From: the human T2T-CHM13v2.0 reference genome, Homo sapiens
Assembly (NCBI RefSeq): GCF_009914755.1
Contig: NC_060935.1
DNA length: 64,000 nt
Strand: one strand, 5' to 3'
Part shown: positions 1 to 17,779 of the stretch, one piece after another
How the letters are laid out: every line of letters starts with the position of its first letter
How positions within the stretch are numbered: the stretch's first letter is position 1
The notes under the pieces: generated by a model
Database searches by the model: none
Told to the model about the DNA's origin: nothing
What the model saw: the letters and a program-made list of their open reading frames with translations, nothing else
Program-made: the position numbers and the translations under genes

Positions 1-326
<326 letters not shown>

Positions 327-1731
327 TCAGACCCCACCTGAGATGCAACCCCTGAGAGAGGCCTTGCGGGCACCCCTGCACCAACCAAGTCTGACAGCAG
401 CTCCTGGAAGCTGTGCTTCGTCTCTGCACAGCACACAGGGCAATGCTGTCCGCTAACTGCCCCTCTGGACACTCAGGGGTGGAGTGGGCTGCAGAACTCT
501 GGCCATGCGCTGGAGTCCAGAGCCAGCAGGGGAACGTGCCGTAGACAGGGTCCCATAGAGGGGCAGATGGAGCCCGTTTGCAGCTGCAGGCGATGGGGCG
601 GGACGAATGACTGAGGTCATTTGTCGAATGACCTCAGGGCCACACAAGTTGGGCTGGAGAGAAGGGTATTGGAAGGTGGAGAAGAATAGAGGAAGAGGCT
701 GGAAATGGAGGCTTGGCAGGGAGCCCTTGACTATCTGGGAAGGAGCTGAAAATGGATCTGAAGTTAGCACAAATGACACAAGAAAAAATAAAAACTCGAA
801 GAGTTCTGTAACCTTGAAAGAGATTGAACCAGAAGTTGCAAATCCTTTCATAAAGAAAACATGAGGCCCAGATGGCTTTCTGAGCAGGGTCAAGCCATCG
901 CAGAAGGAACACATAATTCTAACCCGAACAATGTCTTCTGGAGAAAAAGAGAGAACACTCCCCAGCTTCTTGGGAGACTGGCAAGAGCTTGACTCCGGTT
1001 GGAAAAGAATGGCCTCAGAAAGGAAAATTACAGACAAATCTCACTCATGACCTTGGATGCAAAAATCCTAAACACAATATTAGCAAATGGAACTTGGCAA
1101 CATATTAAAAAGATTACTACATCATGACAAGTCGGGTTTATCTTAGGAAGCTAAGACTGATCTAACAGAAACATCAATTAATACAATTCATTAGCAAAGA
1201 AAAGCCATGTAATTTTTGCAAGTGATACAAAAAAGGACTTGAGGAAATTAATTATCCGCTTGCAATTAAATAAAAATCTCTTGCACACTAGGAAAAGAAT
1301 AAAATACTTTAACCTGATAAGCTGCATGTCAAAAAAAAAAAAAAAAAGACTAGAGTCAACAGAAATTTTGAAAGCTTTTTTTTTTTTAAAGATCAAGAAC
1401 AAAGCAGGTATTCCCACTATTCCCACTTCTATTCAGCATTTTATTGCAGGTCCTAGCTAGTGGAGAAAAAAAGAGAAAGGAAGAAAAAAGATAATCAGTC
1501 GATAAAAGATGAGAATTAATAAGAGAATTCAGCAAAGTGGCTGGATAAAATAAAAATCAATATACCAAAGCCAGCCATATTTCTACATTTCAGCAAGAAT
1601 CAGCAAATGCAATTCTGAAAAATATATCATGAAGTGACATCAGTGAAACTACCTAGGAATAAATCTAAAAAAGGTTTTGCAGAAGCTCTTTGTGGAGATA
1701 CTTAAAAAACCAGTTTGAAAGAGAAATGTAG

Positions 1732-2373
<642 letters not shown>

Positions 2374-2533
2374 TCATGTTCTTGAACAGGAAGACAACAT
2401 TGTGAAGGGGTTAATTTTTCCCAAATTGGTCTATTCTGGGTCAATGCAATTCTAACCAAAATCCCAATAGGGTTTGTTGTTGCTGTTTTGTTTTGGTGTA
2501 ACTTGATAAGCTGATTGGAAAATACATATGGAG

Positions 2534-3049
<516 letters not shown>

Positions 3050-3410
3050 TTATGACGCCTCCAGCACGGAAGATCTTGGAGAAAAGTGTTTTATTCCACC
3101 AATGCTGCTGGAAGGATGGGGTGTCCTCAGGGGAAAAAGTGAAATTAGATCCATGCCTCACATAACACACACACATACACACACAATCTGAATTCTTGGA
3201 TTAAGGACTTACATATGAAAGACAAACTTTAAACTCCTGGAAAATAAGATTGGGAAACAGCTTTACAAACTCTTGGGAGAAGATAATTTCTTAAATAAGA
3301 CAGAAAAATCACAAACTCTGAAGGAAAGTTTGATAAATTCATCTACATTAAATTAGAAATGACTTGTCATAAAAGAATGAAAAGACAAGCTAAAGATTAG
3401 TAAAGAGAAT

Positions 3411-3482
3411 ATATCTATATCTATATCTATATCTATATCTATATCTATATCTATATCTATATCTATATCTATATCTATATCT
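3411..3482. repeat. (ATATCT)n hexanucleotide microsatellite, ~12 copies
   Basis: Direct reading; occupies the tail position of a minus-strand Alu. Confidence 0.95.
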
Positions 3483-4064
<582 letters not shown>

Positions 4065-4351
4065 AGTAAAGAGAATATATAAAGAACACAAATCAATCCG
4101 AAAAGGATGAACAACTCAGTAGAAAACTGGCAGAAGATGAGAATAAGAATTTCCCAGCAAAGGCACCACAAACAGTCCAGAAACATAAAAGATGCTCAAG
4201 TCCATTAGTAATCAGGAAACGCACATTCAAATGGCAATGAAAAATTATTAAGTACCTCCCAGATTGACAAAAGCTGCCAGGTCTGAACCAGAACAGGGGC
4301 AGCTGCAGCATGGAGCCAGGAGACCTGCCACCCAGGTGGCTGGAACGCAGC

Positions 4352-4747
4352 TGATACAGTTTGGATATTTAACCCTGCCCAAATCTCAAGTTGAAATCTA
4401 ATTCCCAATGTTGGAGGTGGGGCCTGGCAGGAGGTGTCTGGGTCTCAGGGCGGGTCCCTCGTGGCTTGGTGCTGTACTTGCAATAGTGAGTGAGTTCTCC
4501 GGAGCTCTGGTTAAGTGCGTGGCAGCTCCCCCTTGCTTGCTTTCGCTCTTGCTTCTGCTGTGTGAACTGCCTACTCCCATTTCACCTTCCACCATGAGTA
4601 AAAGCTCCCTGAGCCCTCCCCAGAAGCAGATACAGGCACCATGCTTCTTGTACAGCCTGCAGAACTGTGAGCCAATTACACCTCTTTTCTTATAAATTAC
4701 CCAGTCATAGATATTTCTTTACAGCAACACAAGAAGGGCCTAATGCA
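4352..4747 (+). mobile_element. MaLR LTR (MST family), solo
   Basis: tgatacagtttggatattt...ggaggtggggcctgg...cagaactgtgagccaattacacctcttttcttataaattacccagtc. Confidence 0.85.
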
Positions 4748-7700
4748 ACTCCCTGCAGAGAGGTCTCGGCCTCCACGTGGTAGAGCTGAACACTTGCCTC
4801 CTAGTGATCTAGCAGCTGCTCTCCTAACACCTACACTCAGACATCAGGAGAATACGCAGGAGTGCTCAGAGTTCCTCTGTTTACAGCCCCCCAAACCAGG
4901 AGGGGGTCACACGTCCCTCAGCAAGAGAACAGACACATCAGTGATGGGACGGGTCACAACACCAGACCCCAGATTCCCACCTCCACGAGGCTCTGGAAAC
5001 AAAAACATTTCATCCTCTTCTTTTCGGTAATTATACTGGTGGCAACGCCTGTATTTACTCTCTGCATTTATCCCACTGAATAGTTGGACATTTTGATGCA
5101 GAAAAATCAGTGTGCTTGATTACATGACATGATTGGACTGGAATTATATATAAAATACATAAAATGTTACATCCTCTGAAATTTATTTTATAGTATAAAT
5201 TGTATAACATTACATTTTACAATATTAAACAAATACATGCATGATGTATGTTTATTCTGAAATGCACGTGGACCCACAGGCTTTGGATAGCGACTAAGAA
5301 GCTGTCTATCATATGATAGAGTCCTACACAGGTGGGAAAATGAATAAACGAGACACACACACCGGGGAGGCAGAACCCCAGAGCATACTGCTGGCCCGTG
5401 GCAGAGGTCGGCAAAGAATGCAGGTGGCAAATGTCCATTTACAGAAAGCTGGAAAACAGGTAAACGTTAGCTTTGTTTAGTGATATCAACACAGGTGGTA
5501 AAACCCCAAGGAAAATCCTGAGGAAGCGGTGGTGGGGGACCCCTCACAGCCCTACTGGCTCTGCACGGTGTCCCTTGGCTCAGGCCAGCACCTCCGTGAT
5601 GCTTCCATGACATGGGGAGAAACCGCCAACCATGGGCCATGTACACCAGATGGGTCCAGGCCCAGATGGCAGTTGAGCCCGAGGCTCAGGCCCCATGAGC
5701 AGTTGTGGGCAGGAAGCTTGGCTGCCGTCCTGAGACCAACACCAAGCCACAGCCATCACCGCTCCTCCTCCAGGCTTCCCTTCCTCCTCTGGGGCAGCAG
5801 CCCATCTTCCCAGCTGCCCGAAGGAGAAAGGCATATCCCCAGTGTCCCTCCACATCCTGACCCTGACCCTGTCCAGCAGCTGGTCCACAGCTGCTGTAAA
5901 CCCAGAGTCCAGCAGAACCTTTGCTCAGTAGGCACACAAATCATTCTTGAGCAGGTGAGCCACTAATAATGTGTCACTGACACCAAGGAACAGAGGGTTG
6001 AGTGACTTGCTTCAGGCCACACAGCTAGTGAGGTACTGAGCTGGGACCTCGGAGAAGGTGCCTCCTCCATGCTAGGCAGCCCTCTCCTGGGCCAGTCCTG
6101 CTCCCCACTCCCAACAGCCTTGGTGCTTTCAGAAAAACTCAAGAGGCGCCAGGAGAATCCCACAGTCCCCCTTCTCAGCCTAATTTGCAGGCAAGGAAAT
6201 GTCTGTGGAGCTCTCCACTCATCAGGATCCATCCCCTGCCCAGGGGACAGGCAGAGACCTGCCCGATGCCCTGGTGGTGGCCGCAGGAATGCTGAGCAGA
6301 TGGTGCTTGGCACCCAGAAGTGGGGTGAGGAGAGCAGAACGACCCGATAAAATTATTTATGCAAATATTTAACCACAGGCACTGCAGCAATGCAAAAGTA
6401 ACATCGAGGGGCCCATGAAATGTTAGCTGCCTGCCGCCCCAAGTGCCTGTGTGCAGAGCCAGCAGCAAGCCAGAGAGGGCGGGAGGGTTTGGGGAGGAGA
6501 CGGTGCCTTGGAGGGAGCAGCCTGGAGGGAGGGACAGCCCCTCTGTCTCTGCGCAGGCCCAGCTGCTCAGGCAGAGTCTCCCTTCTCCTCCCTCCTTTAA
6601 TAAACACCCATGAAGGGCTCTCTCACCCATGGTGGGGCATTTCCATGGTGAGCAAAACTGGGAGACACAAGTGAGCGGTGCAAGAGCACGAGAGTGAAGC
6701 TGGATGCCCGTGGGGGGCTACCCTGCGCTCCCTGCTCCTCCCAGCCTCTCTGGCAGATCTGCACATGGCAGATGGGAACTGTGGGGCACACAGCTACGTG
6801 GAGGACCCTCCAGAACCCTCTGCCCTCTGAATGGTTGGGACAGTGAGTCCAGGAGGGCCAGGGGGTGGCCTGGGAGAGGTGGTGCTGGTGCTCTGGGCTG
6901 CAGTGGGCACTATGATCACGCCAGTTTACAGACATAAACGCTCGGCTTGGGGAGGGCAGGCGCCTGACCCGAGACCTCCTGGTGAGTGGTTGCTGTGTAG
7001 AGACAATGAGGACCGCACTGAAAGCAGTGGCAACAAAGCTTCCCCAATGTCATACATGATGCGTTGATATACTACACATGTATACATACAACATGCATTC
7101 TACATACAGCATAGCGGCATGCCGCAAGCATACGCAGTGCTTTTCATAAACAAAACCACTGAAGTCTCACAATGGCCCCTGAAGGGGGTCAGTCATATGA
7201 TCCTCACCCCATTTCACAGATGACAAACTGAGGCACAGAAGGGCTGAGGGTGGCAATGGGACGGAAGCCCCAGTGGCCTGGCTCTGGCCCCCTCCCAATC
7301 CATCTGCACTGGCCACACAAGGGTGCTGGACACAGGGCAGTGGTGTGTGGGCAGCGTGTGAGTCACAAGGCAGGTTCCGCGGTTTCAGGGCCCATCGGGA
7401 TTCACCAGCAGCAGCACCAGGCTCTACAGTCAGGACCAGATGGGCCTTGGTCAGGCAGCCTGGGGCAGGGCCAGGGGCCTGCAGCAGCCCTCCGAGGATG
7501 GGAGGCTCTGAGAATCCTCAGTGAAGGGCAGGGCTTGAGCCTGGGATGGCGCTTTTTAACAGGGCCACGTGTCTTTCTACATAAAAAAAGCCCCCTGTCA
7601 TGCCAAATCTTAAAGTAAACATGCCTCTTCTGGAAGATGCTCTCCCTGCTAGGCCTGGCCACTCCATCGTTGTGAGCCCCGGGGGTGGGAACACCCAGAG

Positions 7701-8684
7701 TGAGAAGTGAAGCCTCCTGCAGCCCAGCCCGGAGACAGCCTGGCTGGCCACGCCCAGAAGGCAGCAAGCGGGTGAGCCCGCGACAGGCACACCCTCAGTG
7801 GCTAGGAAAGGGCCCTTGGCAGGAAGCCCCCCTGTGACCACTCATGTTTAGGCTGGACACTCCACACTTGCATTTTCCTAATGCAGCTGGTCTCTCACCC
7901 TCCAGCGATTAGCACGCTGGGACCACAGAGCCATGTGAGCTCCTGCAGATTTCTTAATGGCCGGCTGCCTCCGGTGGCCTTATTTTTAGCCATTTCCACT
8001 CTACTGACCGCTCAGTGAAGCTCAGATGTATCAGGCGCACGGGGAGCATGTCCATATCGAACTCTCTCCAAGGAGGCGGAGGGGGACGAGGAACGCAGAG
8101 CTCAACTGCACGTTTCCCTGGGCTCATTGCACAAATTGAGTTACAGATGCAGATTTCCAACCCATTTCTTGATGTTTTCCTCCTGGAACCAGAGCAAAGA
8201 AAACCCGAGGAAACTGCACGGCAACAGGCCCCAGGACGGCAGGTGGGCTGGCAGCAAGACCACTTTCTTATCTAGAGCTGGATTTAGGGGCCTGAAGCCA
8301 GCGAGGAAGGAGGAAGGAGGAAGCACAAATTTAAATGACCCTTCTAGAACAACCTATTATTCCCCCCCCTCCTTGGGGTAAAAAGATGGCATGAAGTACC
8401 CTCAGTTAAGAATCCTGGGGAAAGATAACCATCCGAGGGTCAGGCTCCCCAGACAGACGACAGCAGATCGGGGCTGCTTCATGAGTGCTCTGCTGCCAGG
8501 AAGTGTGCATGGCAGGGGGGCAGCTGGAAGGTCATCCAGAGCCACCCCAATACCAGCAAAGACCCCACTCAAAAATCAGCCCAACCCATGTCTGGAAATC
8601 AGCTCTTCTGGCTCCATTGCCCATCCTTCCCCCACCTTTTCCACTGAAGAGACTCCTACTCACTCTTTAAAGATCCTAGCATGA

Positions 8685-8947
8685 ACAGGCTTGGTGGCTC
8701 CTGCCTTTGATCCCAATGCTATGGGAGGCTGAGGTGGGAGGATCGCTTGAGGCCAGGCGTTTGAGACCAGCCTGGGCAATCCAGCAAGATCCCATCTCTA
8801 CAAAAAATAAAAAATTAGCAGGGTGTGGTGGCACATGCCATCATATGACCCGGGGGTGGGGGGGTGTCACGTGATTGTACCACTGAACTCCAGCATGAAC
8901 CACAGAGTGAAACCTTGACTCAAAAAAAAAAAAAAAAAAAAAAAAAA
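8685..8947 (+). mobile_element. AluJ with internally deleted right arm
   Basis: J-type GGAGGATCGCTTGAGGCCAGG; poly-A tail. Confidence 0.85.
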
Positions 8948-10559
8948 GGCCCTAGCTTGTATCCTCAGCCTTACTGTGCAGACTTCAGAGTTTGAATCAG
9001 CAGGTCCTTTGTGGGGGGCCAAGTCCTGCAGTACAATTACCCCTCAGACTCCCCTCCTGGGCGTCTGTGTCTTTGAGGGCCTGTGGTCATCCTCACCATT
9101 TCTGTAACTTCTAGGTCCTGGCTTGGGGTTAGGAGCTGCCCAGGTGCAAGATGGAATGGACCGTCTGCTCCTTGGGCCTCAGGCGCTTCTGCAGTCCTGA
9201 TTCCTGTTACTGGGTCAAACCGCAGCAGGAAGATACGGAAGGGAGGTGCGCTAGGTGATGTCTCTGAGCAACCCTGTTCTTCGGCTGTTTTCATCCTTCA
9301 GTGCAAAGCCCTTAAATCTCTGCACAGCCCTGGAGAAGGATGAGGCTCGGGACCTGAGTTCCCAGTCATGTCGTCTGTGTCTGCAGCTCCTAGACAGGTG
9401 CCTGGAGGGGCAGGCCAGCAAGGGGTGCCCACCCACTTGGCCCCTCCACATAGCCGGGGTCAGTGGAAGTCCAAAATCCACACTCGGATCTGAGGCCTCA
9501 GCCCTCTTCTGTGGCCCCTCAGACAGGGGCGGCCTTCCTGGAAACATCCGCCTTCCTCCCCGGGCACCAACAGCAATATGTGCCTTTTCAGGTCTGGGAA
9601 GAATGTGGCTCCGGGGTCTGGGTACTGCAGATTGCCCAGGTCACGTACCCTAGGTCCTAGGGGAATTTTAACAGATGAACTGGTTTCCAGGCTGAACTCT
9701 GAGCCCAGCCTCCGTGGAAGGTCAGAGGTGACCAGCTGGCAGATTCTAAGAACCTGGCCACTTTCCGGCTCCTCTCTCCCTATGTGCCTGCCCCACACCC
9801 AGCTCCCCAACCAAGTACATGCTTGGCCAGGTCTTCCCGGAAGTCAGAGGTGACCAACTGGGTCCTGGTCACCATCACACCCCACTCCCTGCCCTCAGGT
9901 GCCCATTCTGTGCCCAGCACCTGCACGCACACACTGGCTCTAGGGCCTGTTTGCCAGCATTTACTCCCTGGGCCCACGGGTCCAGGGACTTCTTGGAAAA
10001 TGCCTGTGGCCGTCAGCAAACAGAGCAGATCAGCTTGGAAGAAGGCATGGCCTCCCTGTATACCCCTGGCTTGTCCAAGGAGAACAAGGGCAACTCCCAA
10101 CTCCCCACACCACAGGGCCCCCAGGACACGCCACCATCCTGTGAGCAGGCAGTGGCCAGCTCTGCTCTGTGTTGAAGCAGCAGCACCGCCTAATGCCAGC
10201 CTGGCTGGCCAGTTCCGAGAGTTGGGGTTAAGCGGGAGAGGCCCCATGTGGTGGCCAGAAAGAGACCACTGAGTATTCTGTCTCTTGGACAACATATAGC
10301 CCCCCTTTCAGAAAGAAGAATCTGGTTCCAGCTCCATCCTTGCGTTCCTGTGGGGCAGCATGAGCAGCTGCTCATTTCCACAGTTGACTCTGACCAGAGA
10401 GGCTGAGTGGCTTGCCCAGAGTCACACAGAAAAGGCAGTGCCAGGGCTCCTGACCACTGCCCGCCATGTCCGATTCCTGCTGCCTTTGCCAGATAAAGGT
10501 AAATGTGCCAGCTGCTCTTGTGGGAAATCGGAATCTGACCCTAATTTGCAAGAGATTTT

Positions 10560-10684
10560 TCTTTTTCTTTGTTTTCTTTTAGAGACAGGGTTTTGCCACG
10601 TAGCCCAGCCTGAGCTCAAGCGATCTCCCTGCCTTGGCCTCCCAAAGTGCTTGGATTGTGGGTGCGAACCACCTCACCCAGCCA
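10560..10684 (-). mobile_element. Alu left monomer/FLAM fragment
   Basis: tagagacagggttttgcc...cctcccaaagtgct. Confidence 0.75.
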
Positions 10685-11829
10685 GAAGGGATATTTCTTT
10701 CCTCTTTGTGAAAAGAGCTACTATTTTCAGCTACTGACTGGGCTACAGGAGGAGCTCCCTAGTTGAACACGTAGGGGGCCTGCAGGCTTCCAAGGCCACC
10801 TGGCGATGGGAACTTTTTCTCTCGAACACCCCAGCTCCTGATGGGGGATCATGGGGTCTGGAGGGTAGGTCTGCACCTCTGAGTTCTGGGACCTGGGCTA
10901 AGTCACCCAGCCTTTCCCTGAGCCTCAGCTTCTTCATCTGTAAAATGGGGTCATGTAAAGGCTCTGCAGGTGGGCAGGACACAGCACTCGGCAGCAGGGA
11001 GCCACTGAGAGCTACTGTCCCTCCTCCTCTTGGCCGAGCCTGGGCCCCATCAGCCGCAGGAGCGCTGCTTCCTCAGGGCCTCTCTCCCTGCTTCACCCAC
11101 CTCGACACGGGGGTGAGGGCCACGGGCTCCCGGAAACCCATTCACAGCCGAAAGCTCGTGCTATTTAGTCTCATCTGTGTGCAGCCGATCAGAGAATTGA
11201 TCTCAAATTACAAACCTCTCAGCTAAACGCGGTCTATTACGCAAAACCTCATTCCAGCGGCTATAAATAACCCTTACAACACAGTCCCCAGGAACTCTCT
11301 GGAAAGATGTGGCACGGTTTTGAATAACGAGATAATGGAAACACAAACCCATGCTAATTAATTTCACTGCTCAGAGAGAGCTCGCTCCTCGCTTAGCCAT
11401 GGTCAGTGGGACTCAATCAAGAAAACCCTGGGATGAAACGGGAGACGTCTCAAGGGAAACCTGTTGGCAGGAGGGCCCAGCCACGTGGAGCTGCAGCAAG
11501 TGGTCGCGTTGTTTGTTCACGGACCTGTGGCACCGGGCGGCCCAGAGAGGGCCTGGCCGGCTCCCACCTCTCAAAGCCCTGCTCGGACAATGCTGCTGAG
11601 GCAAGGCTCCGGGACGGCCCACCCAACAGAGGAATCAGACACAAAGGCAGCCCTGGGCTAGGTCTGACGGCAGATGGTTTCAAAGCGAAAGAGGAAGAAT
11701 CCGAGGACTCCTGTTGCAGGGTCACAGGAGGCCCCAGGAGGTGGCTTTATCTGTTCAAATTAGAGACCCCCAGAAAGATGATGACCTGGCGTGTGAAGAA
11801 ACCAGCATGGGTCACAGGAAGCATTCAGA

Positions 11830-12680
11830 GGTTCCTCAGTAAGTTAAACACCCAACCACCATGTGACCCAGTAATTCCACCACACAGGGAGGCAAAAACA
11901 AGCACGCACAGCCATGCTCGGAGCAGCCCCATCCGTGATGGCCGAGAGGCGGTGGAAACAGCCCCAACGCACATCCACTGGTGAATGAACAAACAAAACG
12001 TGGCACGTACAAATGATGCGGGATATATGATAGAATGGAATAGATACATAATATATCTATATTGTATATTGTATATACTGTATATTGTATCTTGTATATA
12101 CTGTATATTGTATATTCATATACTATATTGTATATTGTATATACATGTACTATATTGCATATTGTATATACATGTACTATATTGTATATTGTATATGTAT
12201 ATAGATATACATAATATATCTATATTGTATATTGTATATGTATATAGATATACATAATATATCTATATTGTATATTCCATAATATACAATATGGAATATG
12301 TATATTATGGAATATAATTCGGGCATGAAAAGGAATGAGACACAGATCCACACTACAACAGGGATAAACCTTGCAAACATGACGCCGAGTGAAAGAAGCC
12401 AGGCGTAAAAGGCCACATTCTGTGATTTTATTTATAGGAAATATACGGAATCAGTGCATCCATAGAGACAGAAAGCTCACTGGGGATGGCCAGGGACCAG
12501 GGAGGGGTGAGGGGAGCGGCTGCCAGGAGGTTCGGGGTTCCTTTTGGGGCGGTTAACTAGGTCTCGGTGGTGGTCACACAGACTTGTGAATGTACTAAAT
12601 GCCACTGAATTATTCCCCCTTTAAATGGTTAAAATGGCACATTTTACATTACATGTATTTGACCACAATGAAAAGAAAAC
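11830..12680 (+). mobile_element. L1M 3' end fragment containing an AT-rich VNTR
   Basis: Typical L1M 3' UTR motifs (atgtgacccagtaattccac, ggataaaccttgcaaacatgacgccgagtgaaagaagccag, gaatgtactaaatgccactgaatt). Confidence 0.8.
12040..12318. repeat. AT-rich compound minisatellite (TATATTG-based, with ~24-bp and ~40-bp units)
   Basis: Direct reading. Confidence 0.9.
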
Positions 12681-15179
12681 AGTTATGGGACCAATGGGAG
12701 CTTTGGTGCCCCTAAAATTCCATCAGCATTGCCTGTTCTTAGGCTTGTTCACCTCTTAATACGAGGCGTGCAAACTCAGCTCCCAGTCCCCTCTTGCTGC
12801 TCAGCTGCAAAAAAATGAATTATTGCCTGGTTTTATGAGTCTAATGTTGTGACCTGCTCCTGCCACTGATGCCAAGGCCAGGAGGTCTGTCAGTCAGGGT
12901 GGCACATGACACGCCTGTGCCCCCGGCCAGTCCCACTGTCCCTGATCTCAGCTTCTCCCATGCAAACTCAGAAGCTAGAAACAGGCTGCTGGCCTTTGTT
13001 CTTCTCTCCCTGAATCCAAGGATGATGGTTTTCCAAGCAGGCTACATTTGTAAAGTAATCCTCGACTCTCCGTTTTATATTAATGAAAGCCAGCCAGAGC
13101 TGCTGATCGGCTCCAGCGGATGGGACAGGCCCGGAGAATTCCGTGGGGCAGCCGGCACAATGCCAGCCCAGAGCACAGAACACGGCATGGGGCTGGCGTG
13201 CAGGAAAACCAGGCACCCCTGCCGGCCCCTCTGGGCTTTCTGCATCTTTTAAGCAGCTCTCAGAGCCCACAGACTCCATTCCAGGGCCTGTGGGGATCCA
13301 CAGGACTCATGCCAAGAATGACGGAAATCTTTCTGAGCTCAAAACTCTCTGAATTTGAAAAACAAATGGTCCTTTGAAGAACACTGCTTCCATATGGAAC
13401 TATGGGGCACGGTGATCAGAAGAGCTCCAGCCTCTTTAAAAACCAGCAAATGATGCACCCTGATCCCTTTGAACGTCCAGAAAAAGGCTGAACCTAGAGC
13501 CATAGTGACTAAGAGGCAAATGCAGCCTTTCAAAATCTCCACAACCCAAGAATTGCCTTTTCACATGTGAAGCCAACGCTTCAGAATGCAAGAAAAGTGG
13601 CAGCTTTCAAAAGGAGTTTGGAGGTTCTCAGATTTAAGCGCAAATGCCACTTCCTGAGGCTGGTGCTAAAACTGCAGGAAAAGGCTGGTTGGCAGAAGCT
13701 CACAAAGGGGAGTTTATCAGTGTTGCAAAGGGCATGTTCACGGACACCTATTGGTGTTGGCCTTGTTCTCTGTGGGGATGGTGAGGCGGGGCCAGCAGCC
13801 TGCAGGGCTGTGGCATTACCCGTTCCTCGACAGTTTTCTCAACTCATCGTCACTCCAGCCAGAGCCCTGGGCTGCTCCCCACCTGCCCTGCTTCCCCATC
13901 TTCCCTGCAATGCCCCATGGCAGCCCTGGGTACTTGGTTACCACCCCACGACCCACGTCCTATCCTTCAGGGACTGCCTCACCTCTGGGCTGTTTGGAAG
14001 GACAGAGTGACATGGGACAGAAACAGAGGGTGTCTGGTTTAAGGGCTACTTCTGCATTTATCATTCCATTCTTTATTTTGGGTCTAATTCAAACCATGAT
14101 TTCAAAAAGGCTAAGAATGTACAAAGGGAAGGGACCCACTGGCCCCAGGGCAAGATGGGAGGGTGTCCTGGTGGAGGTGTCGTCTGAGACTCCTTCACTC
14201 CTCTAGCCATTTAGGAAGAATTTCTAGGTAGTCAAGCACCCAGGATGGGCCTTCCAGGATGAATGGGGGAGTTTAGGAAACTGCCTTCGTTTCTACTGAA
14301 AATGGAGAAAAAAGGCAATTTTCAGTTCTTGCAGCACTCAGCAGTGTGAAACTGGGCTGCTGCTGAAAGGGAACGAGAAGCCTCGTTCCAAATTTACTTG
14401 CCATGGGAGGTGGGGGAGGGGGGGCGGGTGGCGAGGAGCGTGAACACTGGGAAGGCATCACAGAAGGGGAGCGTCCTGAGCGTTCTGCCCAAGATCCAGG
14501 AAGGAGGCGGCGTCCGGGCGTGACACAGGCCCAGGAGGGGAGCTGGATGGGGTGGTGGGGAAGTTGCCTGCGACTCCTGCCTGGGAACCAGGGGTCTGTG
14601 CTGGTGGTGGGGCCCCTGTGGGGATGTGTGTTCTCACAGAGAGGACTTTAATAAGGGTTTTGAAGGCGTCCTGCTGCTGAGTATGGGAACTCACACGTGC
14701 TGGGCGGGAGAGAATCAGGGCTGGGCTGATCAGGGAAACGCAGAGGGGAAAGGAAGCCTACCTGTAGCCCCCATCTCTGACAGAGGCAAGATGAACAAGC
14801 ACCTGCCATTTACCTGATAGCAGCTGCATCTCTCGCCAGGTACAGCTGCAGGCGAAGGCATGAAAGGTTGGGTTTCTCTACATACGTGTGTACACGTATA
14901 CATACACATATGCATGCGTGCATACATATTCTTGGGGGTGTTTTGCCTTCTTTGTACAATTACGAATATCTTTAGATCCATGCATACTTTCTGATGGAAC
15001 TTCATCCCTGAAGTATGCATACTGTACAGGCAAGGTTAAACGAAACTCCACGAAGAAAAATGCAAAACGCTCAACGCTCCAGAAGCCCCCAGCGGCCCCC
15101 GGCAGCCACCTTCCTCCCTGCAGAGGCACCCGGGGTCTGCGCGTGCAATTCCCGCGCTCTATCTAGCACTCACTGTCAC

Positions 15180-15956
<777 letters not shown>

Positions 15957-16027
15957 ATGTTTTTCTTTTTTTAAAAACAAAGTGTAGAAACTCAAAAGGC
16001 TCTGGAAGACCTGGCCATGTGCAGCAG

Positions 16028-17115
<1,088 letters not shown>

Positions 17116-17779
17116 CAGCATTCCAGGCCCTTCCTTCATCCCATCCTCCAGTCTTTGTCTCAGTGACCAAATAGGCCTTGGGTCTGTTGCTGTGAGAGCA
17201 AGGATGACCAAGCCCTTCTGCAGATCTCCAAGAGTCTGTGTGCTCCTCTGAGCCTGGGGTGAGCCTCTGAGCCCTTCTCAACACAGGGCTGCAGGCCTCC
17301 CCTCCCCACTAACTTAACAACACGGGAGTACTGGATGTCCCCATGGCCGTGTTAGAGGTTTCTGGAGAGGGAAGAGGAAGTGGGCAGCTATGCTGCTCCT
17401 GGCTGGGGGGCTGTGGTCCCAGGGCCTTGCTTTAATGGGTTAACTGGAAAGGCAAAAGGAAGGAAAGAAGAGAAGCCTGCTTAGATTGGATTCCCCCCAT
17501 GCACAGAACCCATTCGTGGACATGCCATCTGCAATGCTTCATGGAAGACATCTTCCGATGGCAGAGGGGGATCATGAACTCAACACTCAGCCTCCCTCTG
17601 AACCAAGAGCTGTTGGGGAATGAGTAGGGGGTGGAGAACAGTGGGTGGGCCTAGAAGGAGAAGCTGAACATTGCCTATACACCTCTGCCTAATGCAGCCC
17701 ACACCCCGCTCCTCCTGGTGGACTCTGTGATGAGGGCCTGATACCTGGTGTGGGACTGTCCTCTAGGTGGCCTTGGACG

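Noticed and set aside
453-1460. ORFs of 194, 85 and 82 aa
   Set aside because: Overlap a decayed L1 ORF2 remnant in sense and antisense; no intact product.
14405-14430. G-quadruplex-like G-run cluster
   Set aside because: Common in this GC-rich isochore, with no associated promoter or CpG-island features.
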